This document shows, piece by piece, positions 21,242 to 31,769 of a DNA stretch of 64,000 nt. A model generated the notes under the pieces. The model did not search any database and was not told the origin of the DNA. It worked only from the letters and a program-made list of their open reading frames with translations. This DNA is from a virus. Taxonomy: Duplodnaviria > Caudoviricetes. A program made the position numbers and the translations under genes. Position 1 is the first letter of the stretch; the number at the start of each line of letters is the position of its first letter. Location: positions 1 through 64,000 of IMG/VR virus record IMGVR_UViG_3300005805_000065. The stretch is one strand, 5' to 3'.

Positions 21242-21423
21242 TGGGAAAGAAAATAAACAAAGTCATTGTATCCGGCGAGGTCATAGATATTGAAACGCTG
21301 GCTAGACTAAGACCTTGGATGGAAGATGAGGCAAGAAAGAAAAAGGGAAGTTTTGGAAAGACAAGTTTGATCACTGATTACGATGCAGGGCGCGATGTCT
21401 ATAAGTTCAAAATTTACGTCTAA
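21241..21423 (+). CDS. Small hypothetical protein
   Basis: ATG overlaps the helicase stop; 60 aa. Confidence 0.5.
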   Translation: MGKKINKVIVSGEVIDIETLARLRPWMEDEARKKKGSFGKTSLITDYDAGRDVYKFKIYV

Positions 21424-22321
21424 GCAATTAGAAGAAGAAATATACGATTTATTTACAAAGTATTCTGTTCCAGTACAATCAGCAACTGGTCAAGAATTAA
21501 ATGTATATTGCCCATTTCATAAAAATGTGCACAGCGCTGCTATGTACATTAATGTTAAGACAGGTTTATGGCAGTGCTTTAATCCGTCATGTGGAAAGAA
21601 AGGTAATTTTAGACAATTATATTTCCATTTGACAGGCAAGCCATATGGTAAAGATTTTGCACTAGATAAAGTTTCACTTGAAAAGCAATTGAATAGTTAT
21701 AAGTATGTAAAAGAAAATAGTGATGAGCTTGTAATTGATAGTGTGGTGATAGATTACGATGATGAGAGTCAAACATCTAAATTAACAACTTTGATTGAAA
21801 GAGGGTTGACGCTAGACACATTAATGCATTTTGAAGTTGGTTTTTCAACAGAGAAAAATAGAGTTGTTATACCGGTAAGATCGCATAACTATAAACTAAC
21901 CGGGTTTATTGGCAGAGCAGTCGAGTCATACCAGGAGCCTAGATATCTGTACAATAAGGGCTTTAAAAGAGCTGACAATTTATTTAATATTCAAAATGCT
22001 AAGCAACACCCATCCTGTATAATTGTTGAAGGCAGTATAGATTGCATGTTCGTTCATCAAGCAGGATTCCCTAATACGATAGCAACGCTTGGTGCTGCCG
22101 TGTCTGAAAAACAGGTAGGGATGATAAGAAAATTTTTTGACAGCATTATCATATTTTCTGACAATGATGACGCTGGACACGCCATGCGGCGTGCTATTAT
22201 AGAGATGTGTCGAGGGAAAGATCTCTCGTTCGCAAGCATTCCATCGGGGTTGAAAGACCCAGGTGAAATGACTAGTAATGAAATACAGCAAGCAATTAAC
22301 AACAAAAATCAAATCATATAG
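21395..22321 (+). CDS. dnaG: DNA primase (CHC2 Zn finger + TOPRIM)
   Basis: CPFH...WQCF...CG; GFIGR; IIVEGSIDC; FSDNDDAG; KDPG. Confidence 0.92.
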   Translation: MSISSKFTSKQLEEEIYDLFTKYSVPVQSATGQELNVYCPFHKNVHSAAMYINVKTGLWQCFNPSCGKKGNFRQLYFHLTGKPYGKDFALDKVSLEKQLNSYKYVKENSDELVIDSVVIDYDDESQTSKLTTLIERGLTLDTLMHFEVGFSTEKNRVVIPVRSHNYKLTGFIGRAVESYQEPRYLYNKGFKRADNLFNIQNAKQHPSCIIVEGSIDCMFVHQAGFPNTIATLGAAVSEKQVGMIRKFFDSIIIFSDNDDAGHAMRRAIIEMCRGKDLSFASIPSGLKDPGEMTSNEIQQAINNKNQII

Positions 22322-22332
22322 GAGAAATATAC

Positions 22333-22974
22333 ATGGCATTTACATCAGTTAAAACATTAAAAGACCTTGAAAAGGCAGTAACACCAACAGGTGGAAAGAG
22401 TGGTCCGAAACGCTTTTTTACTGTTCAAGCAGGGCAGTCATTCAGAATTAGATTCAGACAGGAATTAACAGAAGACTCTAAAAACTACTCTGAAGCTACC
22501 GGCACTGGAATTACAGTTCCAGTCGTAACCTCACCAGTTAACTGGAAGTGGAGAGTTGCATCAACTGCATCTATGGAAGAATTTAATTATAGATGCTGGG
22601 CGAGCGAGCAGGCAGTAGTCGATAAAGCATGGAGACCAAAGCCGCACTTGTTAATCAACATTGCAGTTGAAACAGAGCCAGGTGTTTGGGAACCAAGAGT
22701 GCTTGACACAACATTTAATCAGCGACATGTTGGATTGACGCTTATTGAATACGCTAAAGAGTTCGGTACAATTACTGATAGATATTATAAGTATTCTCGT
22801 ACTGGTTCGACTGCAGCAGATACAAACTATTCACTTATCCCTCTCGATGCATCGCCGGAAACAAGCCTTATCAAGGATCTTCCAATGCATCAGTTAGATA
22901 ATGTGTATATGAAGTTGCCATACGAAAAGCAACAAGTGTTCTTGACCACTGGCGAATTAAAAGATAGCTGGTGA
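22333..22974 (+). CDS. Phage single-stranded DNA-binding protein (gp32-like)
   Basis: RFF...RIRF N-terminus and KYSRTGSTAADTNYSLIP C-terminal motif; between primase and polymerase. Confidence 0.6.
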   Translation: MAFTSVKTLKDLEKAVTPTGGKSGPKRFFTVQAGQSFRIRFRQELTEDSKNYSEATGTGITVPVVTSPVNWKWRVASTASMEEFNYRCWASEQAVVDKAWRPKPHLLINIAVETEPGVWEPRVLDTTFNQRHVGLTLIEYAKEFGTITDRYYKYSRTGSTAADTNYSLIPLDASPETSLIKDLPMHQLDNVYMKLPYEKQQVFLTTGELKDSW

Positions 22975-22982
22975 TTTGAACA

Positions 22983-23056
22983 GGGGGCATAGCTCAATTG
23001 GCGAGAGCATCTGCTTTGCAAGCAGAAGGTTAAGGGTTCAATTCCCTTTGCCTCCA
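22983..23056 (+). tRNA. tRNA-Ala(UGC)
   Basis: Cloverleaf: GGGGGCA/TGCCTCC acceptor with G3:U70, TCTGC-TTTGCAA-GCAGA, AAGGG-TTCAATT-CCCTT; CCA not encoded. Confidence 0.95.
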
Positions 23057-23072
23057 CGAAAGAGAGAATAAA

Positions 23073-23639
23073 ATGAAAACAACAAAAGTGCAAAGCCCAA
23101 CTATTGTATTTGATTTAGATGGCGTGATTGCTGATATTAATTCATCAATGAGTGAATGGCTTAACAATGCCAGCACTTCGGTTGATGGAGTTGATTACGG
23201 AAAATGGCTCATATCAAAAGTAGATGATCCAGATGTATTGAAGATATTTAACACTCCATTATTTTGGGCTAACATGAAGCCATATGAGGATGCTTGGTAT
23301 CAGATAAATTATTGGTTCAGTATTGGATATAACATTGATATTGTTACAGCCAGACAGCAACCGGCATCAGTTGAGCAAACTTTACCATGGTTAGAAAAGT
23401 GGAACATAAATTCAAGGATGCCTTACTTTTCGGAGTTTGGTAAGAAAATTAATGTTATCAAAAACATTGATCCAATATTTGTTGTTGAAGATAATCCGGC
23501 AGAAATTGAAGAGCTGCAAAAATCTGGAATCAAATGCTACTTGAGAAAACAATGGTATAACGAGAAATATTGGGATAAATACGAATCTATAGACACTCTT
23601 TTTGATATCATACTGGAACCATTGCCTAGCGAATTTTAA
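23073..23639 (+). CDS. HAD-family 5'(3')-deoxyribonucleotidase-like protein
   Basis: FDLDGVIAD, VTAR, VEDNP motifs. Confidence 0.8.
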   Translation: MKTTKVQSPTIVFDLDGVIADINSSMSEWLNNASTSVDGVDYGKWLISKVDDPDVLKIFNTPLFWANMKPYEDAWYQINYWFSIGYNIDIVTARQQPASVEQTLPWLEKWNINSRMPYFSEFGKKINVIKNIDPIFVVEDNPAEIEELQKSGIKCYLRKQWYNEKYWDKYESIDTLFDIILEPLPSEF

Positions 23640-23648
23640 GGAGAAGAA

Positions 23649-26600
23649 GTGACAAATTTTGTCCACCTTCACTGCCATTCTGAATACTCCCTGCTCGATG
23701 GCATGTCAACGCCAGACGAGATAGCCAAGATTACAAGCACAAATGGTCAAATTGCCGCAGCTATCACAGACCACGGCACAATGGGCGGTGTTTTAAAATT
23801 CCAGGATGCTTGCAATAAGCATAATGTAAAACCGCTATTTGGTATTGAAGCATACTTTGTGCCATCGGTCCCGCAAGACTCAGAAGACACAAGCGAGAGA
23901 TTTCATTTAATTCTTCTTGCCAAAACAAATGAGGGGTTACAAAAGCTCTTTAAGATAAACCAAACTGCATGGATGAAGAATTTCTACTATAAGCCAAGAA
24001 TAGATTTTGATCTTCTTGAAGAGATGGTGGATAACGATATTATTGCGCTGTCCGGCTGTATGGCAAGTGCCATATCAAAATCAATTATGGCGGGAGATAC
24101 AAATAGGGCTCAAGAGCTATCAGAACGCTTCCTAAAGATATTTAAAGATGACTTCTACTATGAAGTGCAGGCTTGGAACCCAAAGGGATTAAATGATGGT
24201 CTTATAAGTTTGGCGGCTACATACAATAGACCTGTCGTAGCAACAGCAGATTGTCACTTCCCTACAAGACATGACAAAGGATGTGAAGAAATCCTACTTA
24301 TGATTTCACAATACCCCAGCCTTGGTGCAGCCGAACAACGGCATGCCAAAGAGCATGCCGATAGCATTCATATGGCGGGTCTTGATATGGTGGCGAAAAT
24401 CAATAATATGTATCCTAACCGGTCTCTTAGGTTTGATGAGATCAATCCATACTTGGCAAATGCAGGCGAAGTGGCATCGTGGTTTAAAGATGCAGGTTAT
24501 GACCGTACCGACATTCTGGAGAATACGATAGAGATAGCCGACAAATGCACGGCAAAGTTGGAGAAGCGAAAGAACCTGCTTCCGAAGTTTATGCGCACAA
24601 TCAACTCGGATGATTATCTGGCGGAAGTTACAAGCTTTCGCCTAAAAGAGCTGGGGTTGGGTGAAGAATATGTGCAACGGCTCAACGAAGAATTAGGAAT
24701 TATTAAACAGCTCGGCTTTGCCGATTATTTCTTGATCGTATGGGATCTTGTTAAGTGGGCGGATAACAACGGCATTGGCAGAGGCACAGGGCGAGGCTCG
24801 GTGGGCGGTAGTGTGCTGGCGTATCTGCTCGACATTTCCAAAGTAGACCCGATTAAATACAACCTGCTGTTTTCCCGATTTATAAACCCCGAAAGAAACG
24901 ACTATCCCGATATTGACTTGGACTTTGAAGATAAGCGCCGGGATGAAGTCAAAAATTATCTCGCCACACGCTGGGGTGAAGATAAGGTTGCCGCAATTTC
25001 GATCTATGGTACATTCAAGCCAAAGAGTGCGGTCAAAGATGTTGCCCGCATTTTGCAGGTTCCCTATGCTGAGATCAATGCGATTACACCGTACTTTGAA
25101 ACAATCGATGAATTAAAGAGCACGGATAAAGGAAAGATATTCGTTCGCAAATATCCCGATGTGCCGATATTGGCAGAGAAACTGCAAGAGCGTGTTCGCA
25201 CCGCAGGTGTCCATGCCGCAGGCATGGTGGTGTCTGCCGTACCGCTTACCGAGGTCTGTCCTGTGGAGTCAAGAAAGGACTCTCAAGGTGGGGAACGAAG
25301 TGCCGTTACAGCCTTTGCAATGGAAGACGCAGAAGCCGTTGGGCTTATTAAAATAGATGTTTTGGGTCTCAAGACCGTATCGGTCATTAAAGACGCGCTA
25401 GCGATGATTAGAGAGCGTTATAGCGTGGATGTGGAGGCACAATCCCTTGCCCTAGACGACCCAAAGGTGTATGAGAACTTTAATAACATCAATACGGTAG
25501 GTATTTTCCAAACAGATGCCGCCGCCTATCGTAATTTGATAGAAAGAATGGGTATCGATAACTTTAACGATCTTGTGGTGTCAAACGCTCTGGTTAGACC
25601 AGGTGCATTGCTGTCACAAGGGCAGAGGTATATCGATTGTAAGAAGGGTGAGTCAAAGCCCAAGTATCCACATGAGGTAGTACAGTCAATTTTGGAAGAA
25701 ACATATGGCACGGTTATTTTCCAAGAGCAATTGATGCAAATGGCGGTGCTTTTGGCTGGATTTACATGGTCAGAAGCCGACTCGCTGCGTAAGATTATCG
25801 GTAAAAAGAGAGATGCAGCTGAGTTTGATAAGTTCAAAGATAAGTTTGTAAGCAATACATATCTTACCAAGGCGCAATCTGAAAAGATTTGGTCTGAGTT
25901 TGAAATGTCAGCGTTATATATGTTTAATAAATCTCACGCTGTTGCCTATTCACTCATGTCATATCAGACAATGTGGTTGAAAGTCAACTATCCGCTTGAA
26001 TTTATGTGGGCGTTACTGTACAACGAGTCGGCAACCGATAAAATTACGGCATATTTGATGGAGGCTCAGCGCCTAGGGCTTAAAATCTATCCACCGGACA
26101 TCAATAAGTCGCAAGAATTCTTCTCAATGTCACTTCCTGGTGAAGATGAAGGTATTAGATTTGGTCTTACCAATGTTACCGGCTGTGGTGTAAGTGCAAT
26201 TAAAGAAATTTTCGGCAAGAGACCGTTTAATTCATTTGAAGAATTTAACAACAAGTGCTCTAAGTCTGCTGTTAAGGCTCCACTGAGAGAAAATCTGGAC
26301 AAAGTTGGTGCATTTGAATCAATCGGTCATGTGTCCCAGTTTGATCACCCAAGATATTATCTACCTGTGCTGGGATTCCCGATTAAAGCAAGTGAATTTA
26401 AGACAGAGATTGACGAATTTGTAGAAAATGCTGCAGATTTTCATGAAACAATATCAAATCTTACCCTGATTAAAGCTGTGGTGAGATCTACAAAGAAAGC
26501 ACAAAATTATTTGCGTGTGGAATTTGAAGATCACTCCGGCTCATGCACTGTGTTTGGTGAAAGAAACACAGAATTAGCGCAACGAGATTATGTGTACGCA

Positions 26601-27059
26601 CTAATTGGCGACAGAACATTACATGCTTACTGTGATGTTTATCAAGCTCAGGATTCAAAGTTGTTTAATATCATGATGATGAAGAAAGAAGGAATGGATC
26701 ACAAATATTCCTGGGTTTATAAGCATGATATTGGATTCATTAACGATCCGAAAACAATGATGCATGTTTTTAACATTAGAAGTTTTACAACTTCCACCGG
26801 TAAGGAGATGGCAAGCGTATACTGCTGGGATGGCAAGCAGTTTTTCAAAGTTGTTATCTTCTCTGCTGTCTATAAGAAAGTTAAAAACATCTTAAAGGAA
26901 GGAGAATGGTATGCAGCAAGACTTTCAAGAATTGAAGATAAAGAAACACTTAATCGTCTTGACTCATTCAAGCTCGATTCTGCTGATAAACTGATTACGA
27001 TAGAGGATTATATTAAGAGAAAAAATATTAAGCAGGAAGCGCATGAAGTTCTCGCATAA
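23649..27059 (+). CDS. dnaE: DNA polymerase III alpha subunit (DnaE-type, family C)
   Basis: PHP HLHCHSEYSLLDG; GRGS; YPDIDLD; KIDVLGL; FNKSHA. Confidence 0.97.
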   Translation: MTNFVHLHCHSEYSLLDGMSTPDEIAKITSTNGQIAAAITDHGTMGGVLKFQDACNKHNVKPLFGIEAYFVPSVPQDSEDTSERFHLILLAKTNEGLQKLFKINQTAWMKNFYYKPRIDFDLLEEMVDNDIIALSGCMASAISKSIMAGDTNRAQELSERFLKIFKDDFYYEVQAWNPKGLNDGLISLAATYNRPVVATADCHFPTRHDKGCEEILLMISQYPSLGAAEQRHAKEHADSIHMAGLDMVAKINNMYPNRSLRFDEINPYLANAGEVASWFKDAGYDRTDILENTIEIADKCTAKLEKRKNLLPKFMRTINSDDYLAEVTSFRLKELGLGEEYVQRLNEELGIIKQLGFADYFLIVWDLVKWADNNGIGRGTGRGSVGGSVLAYLLDISKVDPIKYNLLFSRFINPERNDYPDIDLDFEDKRRDEVKNYLATRWGEDKVAAISIYGTFKPKSAVKDVARILQVPYAEINAITPYFETIDELKSTDKGKIFVRKYPDVPILAEKLQERVRTAGVHAAGMVVSAVPLTEVCPVESRKDSQGGERSAVTAFAMEDAEAVGLIKIDVLGLKTVSVIKDALAMIRERYSVDVEAQSLALDDPKVYENFNNINTVGIFQTDAAAYRNLIERMGIDNFNDLVVSNALVRPGALLSQGQRYIDCKKGESKPKYPHEVVQSILEETYGTVIFQEQLMQMAVLLAGFTWSEADSLRKIIGKKRDAAEFDKFKDKFVSNTYLTKAQSEKIWSEFEMSALYMFNKSHAVAYSLMSYQTMWLKVNYPLEFMWALLYNESATDKITAYLMEAQRLGLKIYPPDINKSQEFFSMSLPGEDEGIRFGLTNVTGCGVSAIKEIFGKRPFNSFEEFNNKCSKSAVKAPLRENLDKVGAFESIGHVSQFDHPRYYLPVLGFPIKASEFKTEIDEFVENAADFHETISNLTLIKAVVRSTKKAQNYLRVEFEDHSGSCTVFGERNTELAQRDYVYALIGDRTLHAYCDVYQAQDSKLFNIMMMKKEGMDHKYSWVYKHDIGFINDPKTMMHVFNIRSFTTSTGKEMASVYCWDGKQFFKVVIFSAVYKKVKNILKEGEWYAARLSRIEDKETLNRLDSFKLDSADKLITIEDYIKRKNIKQEAHEVLA

Positions 27060-27738
27060 AGTATTTCATTTGGATAAAGACATAGAGAGAGAGCACCTTT
27101 ATAAATCAATAAATGATTATATTGGACAGTATTCTTCTGAGTTAGATAGCCCTACGATTGAAATATCGTGTAGAGAACATCTTGATAATTTTTATAATAC
27201 ATCAGATATTAGATTTTCAAATACTGGGTATGAATTTAATAATGAGATCGGTTGGAGATTTGGTGAATTAGGAATATGGGCAAGCAATATTGCTGCATAT
27301 AAAAAATTTCTTGAAACAGATTCTGATTGTTTAATATTGATAGAGGATGATATCGAATATATGCCAGGATTTTTTGATAATCTACTTTATTATATGTCGC
27401 AGCTTCCAGATGACTGGGATGCATTTTTTTACTACGCCCCGGATAATAGCAGTCATAATGTATCTCAAGAATTTTTAACAATCGAGCCAAATAAAATAAA
27501 TATATGCAAAACATACCAAGATTGGTCGTGTCTGTGTTATATAATTAATAGAAATACAGCTAAGAGGATTCTGGATGATGTCGTTAATCCAATCAATCTT
27601 CCGCTAGATTATTATTTTTTTAGACAACCAGATAAGTATAATTCATATACAGTAAAGCCTACATCTAAATTGTATTGCAGGATTGCTAATATGAAATCAA
27701 CATTTCAACATAAACAAAAAAGAGAGGTATTAAATTGA
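27043..27738 (+). CDS. Glycosyltransferase (GT25-like)
   Basis: GELGIWASN...LILIEDD...CYIINRNTAKRIL...LPLDY. Confidence 0.75.
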   Translation: MKFSHKVFHLDKDIEREHLYKSINDYIGQYSSELDSPTIEISCREHLDNFYNTSDIRFSNTGYEFNNEIGWRFGELGIWASNIAAYKKFLETDSDCLILIEDDIEYMPGFFDNLLYYMSQLPDDWDAFFYYAPDNSSHNVSQEFLTIEPNKINICKTYQDWSCLCYIINRNTAKRILDDVVNPINLPLDYYFFRQPDKYNSYTVKPTSKLYCRIANMKSTFQHKQKREVLN

Positions 27739-28352
27739 GTAGGGAACTTGCTGAGAAATTACCAAATTGGTTTCTAGGCAATCAGACGGAAAAAGATTTC
27801 CAAAGATTGCTTGCTGAGTTTAATGGAAAGCCAAATCTGCAATTTTTAGAAATAGGTTCGTTTTGTGGTAATAGTGCTGCATGGGTTATGCAAAATATAT
27901 TAACAGACCCATCTTGTACACTTACATGTGTTGATCCCTGGAATGGTAATGTGGCACATGAGACATTTAGTTTTGCAGAAGTTGAGGCTGCATTTGATCA
28001 GCAGCTTCAACCGTACAGTGATAGATTGATTAAGCAAAAAATGTATAGTGAAGATTATCTTATGAAAAATAGAGATAAGCAATTTGATTTTATTTATATT
28101 GATGGCGATCATATGCCTCAAGCATTTATGCTTGATGCCTTGCTTTCTTGGGAATTGTTAAAACCCGGTGGAATAATGGCAATAGATGATTATGCATGGA
28201 GTCATCCGCAGGGAGAAAGGTATAATCCAAAACAGGCAATAGATATGTTTGTCAGCATGTATTCAGAGCACTGTGTCATTCTTGAAAAAGGTTGGCAAGT
28301 TTGGATTAGAAAAAATTCTAATTATATTAGACCAGAACACATACACGAATAA
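27735..28352 (+). CDS. Class I SAM-dependent methyltransferase (Methyltransf_24-like)
   Basis: LEIGSFCG, CVDPW, FDFIYIDGDH, LKPGGIMAIDDY; GTG/TTG-type start overlapping the previous stop. Confidence 0.85.
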   Translation: MSRELAEKLPNWFLGNQTEKDFQRLLAEFNGKPNLQFLEIGSFCGNSAAWVMQNILTDPSCTLTCVDPWNGNVAHETFSFAEVEAAFDQQLQPYSDRLIKQKMYSEDYLMKNRDKQFDFIYIDGDHMPQAFMLDALLSWELLKPGGIMAIDDYAWSHPQGERYNPKQAIDMFVSMYSEHCVILEKGWQVWIRKNSNYIRPEHIHE

Positions 28353-28360
28353 GGAGAAAT

Positions 28361-29275
28361 ATGTTATTAGTAGATAAGCGAAAAGGTGATTTGATGCCGG
28401 TACACGAAGTGATACCGACACCAAGTATTGGATTAAATAGAGCGCTCGGTGGTGGACTTAATACCGGCGCTACGCATTTATTTTGGGGCACACCGTCTGT
28501 CGGTAAGACGACAATGTGCTTCAGAATTCTTGCAGAAGCCCAAAAACTTGGCTATCGACCAGTTATCATTGATTCAGAGTCTTCATATAATGATGCATAT
28601 GCCACCAAATGTGGTATAGATGTTGATGATATTGTTGTTGTTCAATCAACTATTGTAGAAGAGATACTTAAAAATATTTATGAATATCTTACTCACCCTA
28701 CAGAAAAACATATTTTCTTGTTTGACAGTCTTTCTAATATTATCAAAGAAGAATTTTATGATAAGCCAGAAGGCGGGAAAGCAATGGGGTTGCAATCAAG
28801 ATCCCAGGGCTTTTTGCTTCAGAAGCTTGTTAATTATTTGCATAAAGAGAGAAACATAATGCTCTTCGTTGCTCACCAAACAGTTGATCTTAGCGGTATG
28901 TTTGCTGTGACCAAAGCAAAGATGGGTAATACTGTGCATCACAATATGCATAACATTGTTAAACTGTTTTTATCAATGTCGAAGAGCGAAATGGAAAGAG
29001 ATGATACAAATCTCATTACAAGCCAACGTGCAACTTGGACAATTGAAAAAACAAAACAGTTACCAAGTATTGGAACTACTGGATATTATTATGTTCTTCC
29101 GCAAGAAGGTAAGATTGATGCAGATAGAGAACTAATTGATATCGCTGTTGAAATGGAGATCATCCAGCGCAAGGGGGCGTGGTATTCTTATCAAGACCAA
29201 AAGTGGAATGGTTTGACTGCAATTGAACTTACAGATAAACAGCGAGCAGAGATTGGAAAAGCGATTCTTGGATGA
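28361..29275 (+). CDS. recA: RecA/UvsX-like recombinase
   Basis: Walker A GTPSVGKT, IDSE, FDSL, IIQRKGAWYSY. Confidence 0.92.
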   Translation: MLLVDKRKGDLMPVHEVIPTPSIGLNRALGGGLNTGATHLFWGTPSVGKTTMCFRILAEAQKLGYRPVIIDSESSYNDAYATKCGIDVDDIVVVQSTIVEEILKNIYEYLTHPTEKHIFLFDSLSNIIKEEFYDKPEGGKAMGLQSRSQGFLLQKLVNYLHKERNIMLFVAHQTVDLSGMFAVTKAKMGNTVHHNMHNIVKLFLSMSKSEMERDDTNLITSQRATWTIEKTKQLPSIGTTGYYYVLPQEGKIDADRELIDIAVEMEIIQRKGAWYSYQDQKWNGLTAIELTDKQRAEIGKAILG

Positions 29276-29571
29276 AAAGGACTGAAAGGGAAGAGGCTAA
29301 AAGAGACGGGGCGAAGCCTGTTAAAAACTCCGGTAGAGGAATTAAGAAAGGCGATGCTGTTATGAATAAGTTTATGCTTGACTACAAGCATAACGAAAAA
29401 ACATTTACTCTCACTCATAAGTTTTGGAAAAAGATCTCAAAAGATGCTTGGAATAATAATTATAAATATCCATGCATTTCAGTTGTTATGGGAAAGGATT
29501 CTGAAACCAAAGTTGCAATAATTGACTGGGAGGTTTTTAAAGAGCTCATTGAAGGAAGCGAGTACGAATAA
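29272..29571 (+). CDS. Small PD-(D/E)XK nuclease (Hjc-like resolvase candidate)
   Basis: NSGRG..KGDA....LDYK motif. Confidence 0.55.
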   Translation: MKRTEREEAKRDGAKPVKNSGRGIKKGDAVMNKFMLDYKHNEKTFTLTHKFWKKISKDAWNNNYKYPCISVVMGKDSETKVAIIDWEVFKELIEGSEYE

Positions 29572-29894
29572 TGCCAGATATCATTATTAATAAAGAAATT
29601 ATTGCTGATCAAATGGGCGATAAAGCTGAAGAGTTTGTTGAGTGCATCAGGATTGTTCAAGACATTATTGAAAATCCAGATCACTACTTGGGAACTCAAG
29701 CTGTTAAGTATGCTAATATACTTGCAGCATACAGAACATTAATGATTGTTAAATCACAAGCATTCAAGAGAAAGTCTGCAATTATGAGTGATCAAGATAA
29801 GTTTGTAAATGATATATGGAAGACAATGTACGAAGCTCTAACAGAAAATATAAATGCATTAAAAATTGCCGGAAAGGGCGGTTATAACCAATGA
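29571..29894 (+). CDS. Hypothetical helical protein
   Basis: Translationally coupled ORF in the recombination cluster. Confidence 0.55.
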   Translation: MPDIIINKEIIADQMGDKAEEFVECIRIVQDIIENPDHYLGTQAVKYANILAAYRTLMIVKSQAFKRKSAIMSDQDKFVNDIWKTMYEALTENINALKIAGKGGYNQ

Positions 29895-30616
29895 AATCAT
29901 TAAAACAGCTAAGAAAGCCAAAGGAAGTTGTAGTTATTGAATCAAAATCCCCGGCAGACTTGGAAAATACTCTATGTAAGGCAATAGATGACCAGCTTTT
30001 AAAGAAGAATGAAACAACTTTTAAAAAGGTTGGTGGTTTTCATCCAAGCTACACAAACCAATGTTCTAGGTATTGGTATTATTTATTTGAAGGTGTAAAT
30101 GTAACGCCAGATTTTAGTCCGCAAACTCATAGAATATTTGATAATGGTCATGCTGTTCATGAAAGATTGTACAGTTACTTTAGAGATATGGGTATTCTTG
30201 TAGACGAAGAAATAAAAGTAACATACTCAGATCCGCCAATTGAAGGCACAGCAGATGGTATCATTAATTGGTATGGAGATAAGCTGATAGAGTTAAAATC
30301 AATTAGCTCTGAAGGCTTCCATTACAGACAGATTTATAAAAAACCAAAAGACGAACACTATCGTCAAGCTCAGATATATATGCAATGTTTAGATCTTGAT
30401 GGTGGTTTTGTTATTTACGAAAACAAAAATAATCAAGAGATATTGCCAATTTATATTGAAAAAGATCAAGACTTCATAGACAAATTATTTAAAAAATATA
30501 GAGAGTACTATGGAAACTTTGTAAGACAAAGTATTCCAGACAGACCATACAAGAGAACATCTAAAAATTGCTCTTCTTGTGATTTGGCTGCTTTATGCTG
30601 GGGAGATAGTGGATAG
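29891..30616 (+). CDS. Solo Cas4-like PD-(D/E)XK exonuclease
   Basis: HPS...CSRYWYY, GTADG...IELKS, QAQIYM, CSSCDLAALC. Confidence 0.85.
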   Translation: MKSLKQLRKPKEVVVIESKSPADLENTLCKAIDDQLLKKNETTFKKVGGFHPSYTNQCSRYWYYLFEGVNVTPDFSPQTHRIFDNGHAVHERLYSYFRDMGILVDEEIKVTYSDPPIEGTADGIINWYGDKLIELKSISSEGFHYRQIYKKPKDEHYRQAQIYMQCLDLDGGFVIYENKNNQEILPIYIEKDQDFIDKLFKKYREYYGNFVRQSIPDRPYKRTSKNCSSCDLAALCWGDSG

Positions 30617-30920
30617 TGGTGTTTTTAGAGTTTGCAAAAACCAAGAGTGTAATAAAAAGTTTGAAGCAAAAGTCTACAATAGTATATATTGCTCTGCAGA
30701 ATGTAGAAGGATAGTTACTAATAAAAAATTATTAGAAAACTATTACGAAAAAAAACGTAATAAAGGTAAGAAAAGAACTTGTGCAACTAACGGATGCACA
30801 ACTGTATTGTCTCGTTACAATAAGGAAAATATATGCGAAAGGTGCAAAGACGAAAGGTTCATACAAAGGCTAGTAAGTTGGGGCTGGGACGAAGAAAAGC
30901 TTCGAAGAGAAAAAATGTGA
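30609..30920 (+). CDS. Cys-rich Zn-finger protein
   Basis: CKNQEC...YCSAEC...CATNGC...CERC. Confidence 0.6.
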   Translation: MDSGVFRVCKNQECNKKFEAKVYNSIYCSAECRRIVTNKKLLENYYEKKRNKGKKRTCATNGCTTVLSRYNKENICERCKDERFIQRLVSWGWDEEKLRREKM

Positions 30921-31498
30921 ATATAAAGTCTATTGCCAAAAGCAACTTTACTAAAATTTTGTCTATAGATCCATCGTCACATTCTTTAGGCTGGGCTGTA
31001 ATTGAGATGGGGGTTAGGCAACCTCGTTTGATAAAGTGTGGAAAAATTAAATTCCCTAAGTCCTCGGAAATGCATATTAAATTTCAAGCAATAAATGATG
31101 GCTTAGCTGAAATATGTAATGAGTATAAACCAAATGAATGCGTAATAGAGCAATCTGTGTACATTCAAAACTTTCAAACTAGCAGAATTATTTCTTATAT
31201 CATCGGCTACTCTTGGGGTATTGCTCAAAACTACTGCTCTAAAGTTATTGATATCAATCCGATGATATGGAAACGCGGGATCGGTTATAAAAATCTTTCT
31301 AAACAAGATAAGGAATACCTCCTCACAGAGGCAAGCAAAAAGAAAGAGAGAAAAGATAGGGTGAGAGATATTATCACCGGATATTTTGAAATGACAGAAG
31401 AAGATCTTGACGATGATGATATTATCGACGCAGTTGGTATTGGTTTATGGTATTATTTAATGTTGAGCGCAAATGGCACTAGAACCGTACAAAGATAA
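30917..31498 (+). CDS. ruvC: RuvC-like Holliday junction resolvase
   Basis: ILSIDPSSHSLGWA, VIEQ, DDIIDAVGIG. Confidence 0.85.
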   Translation: MNIKSIAKSNFTKILSIDPSSHSLGWAVIEMGVRQPRLIKCGKIKFPKSSEMHIKFQAINDGLAEICNEYKPNECVIEQSVYIQNFQTSRIISYIIGYSWGIAQNYCSKVIDINPMIWKRGIGYKNLSKQDKEYLLTEASKKKERKDRVRDIITGYFEMTEEDLDDDDIIDAVGIGLWYYLMLSANGTRTVQR

Positions 31499-31769
31499 AA
31501 GTTGGCTATACGAGCACTATGTTCGTAAGAGGATGAATCTTACTGACATTGTTAAGCTTCTTAAACAAACATATAATATAGATATTACACCACAAGGTTT
31601 ATATAACTGGTGTGACAAATATGATCTTCTTAGATTTAGAGGTAAAGGTAGAAATCTTGCTTCAACAGCTAAGAGAAGACCGCAATCTCCAATGCAAAAA
31701 CAAGTTGAGCAAAGGAAGCGTGAAAGAAGAAAGCAAGTACAAATGAGAAAGAAAGGTTTTGGAAAATAA
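31473..31769 (+). CDS. Small basic HTH-like protein
   Basis: YKDKSWLYEHY...ITPQGLYNW HTH-like pattern with a basic tail. Confidence 0.55.
   Translation: MALEPYKDKSWLYEHYVRKRMNLTDIVKLLKQTYNIDITPQGLYNWCDKYDLLRFRGKGRNLASTAKRRPQSPMQKQVEQRKRERRKQVQMRKKGFGK

Noticed and set aside
29891-30616. Cas4 as part of a CRISPR system
   Set aside because: Solo Cas4-like nucleases are common in phage recombination modules; no array or other cas genes
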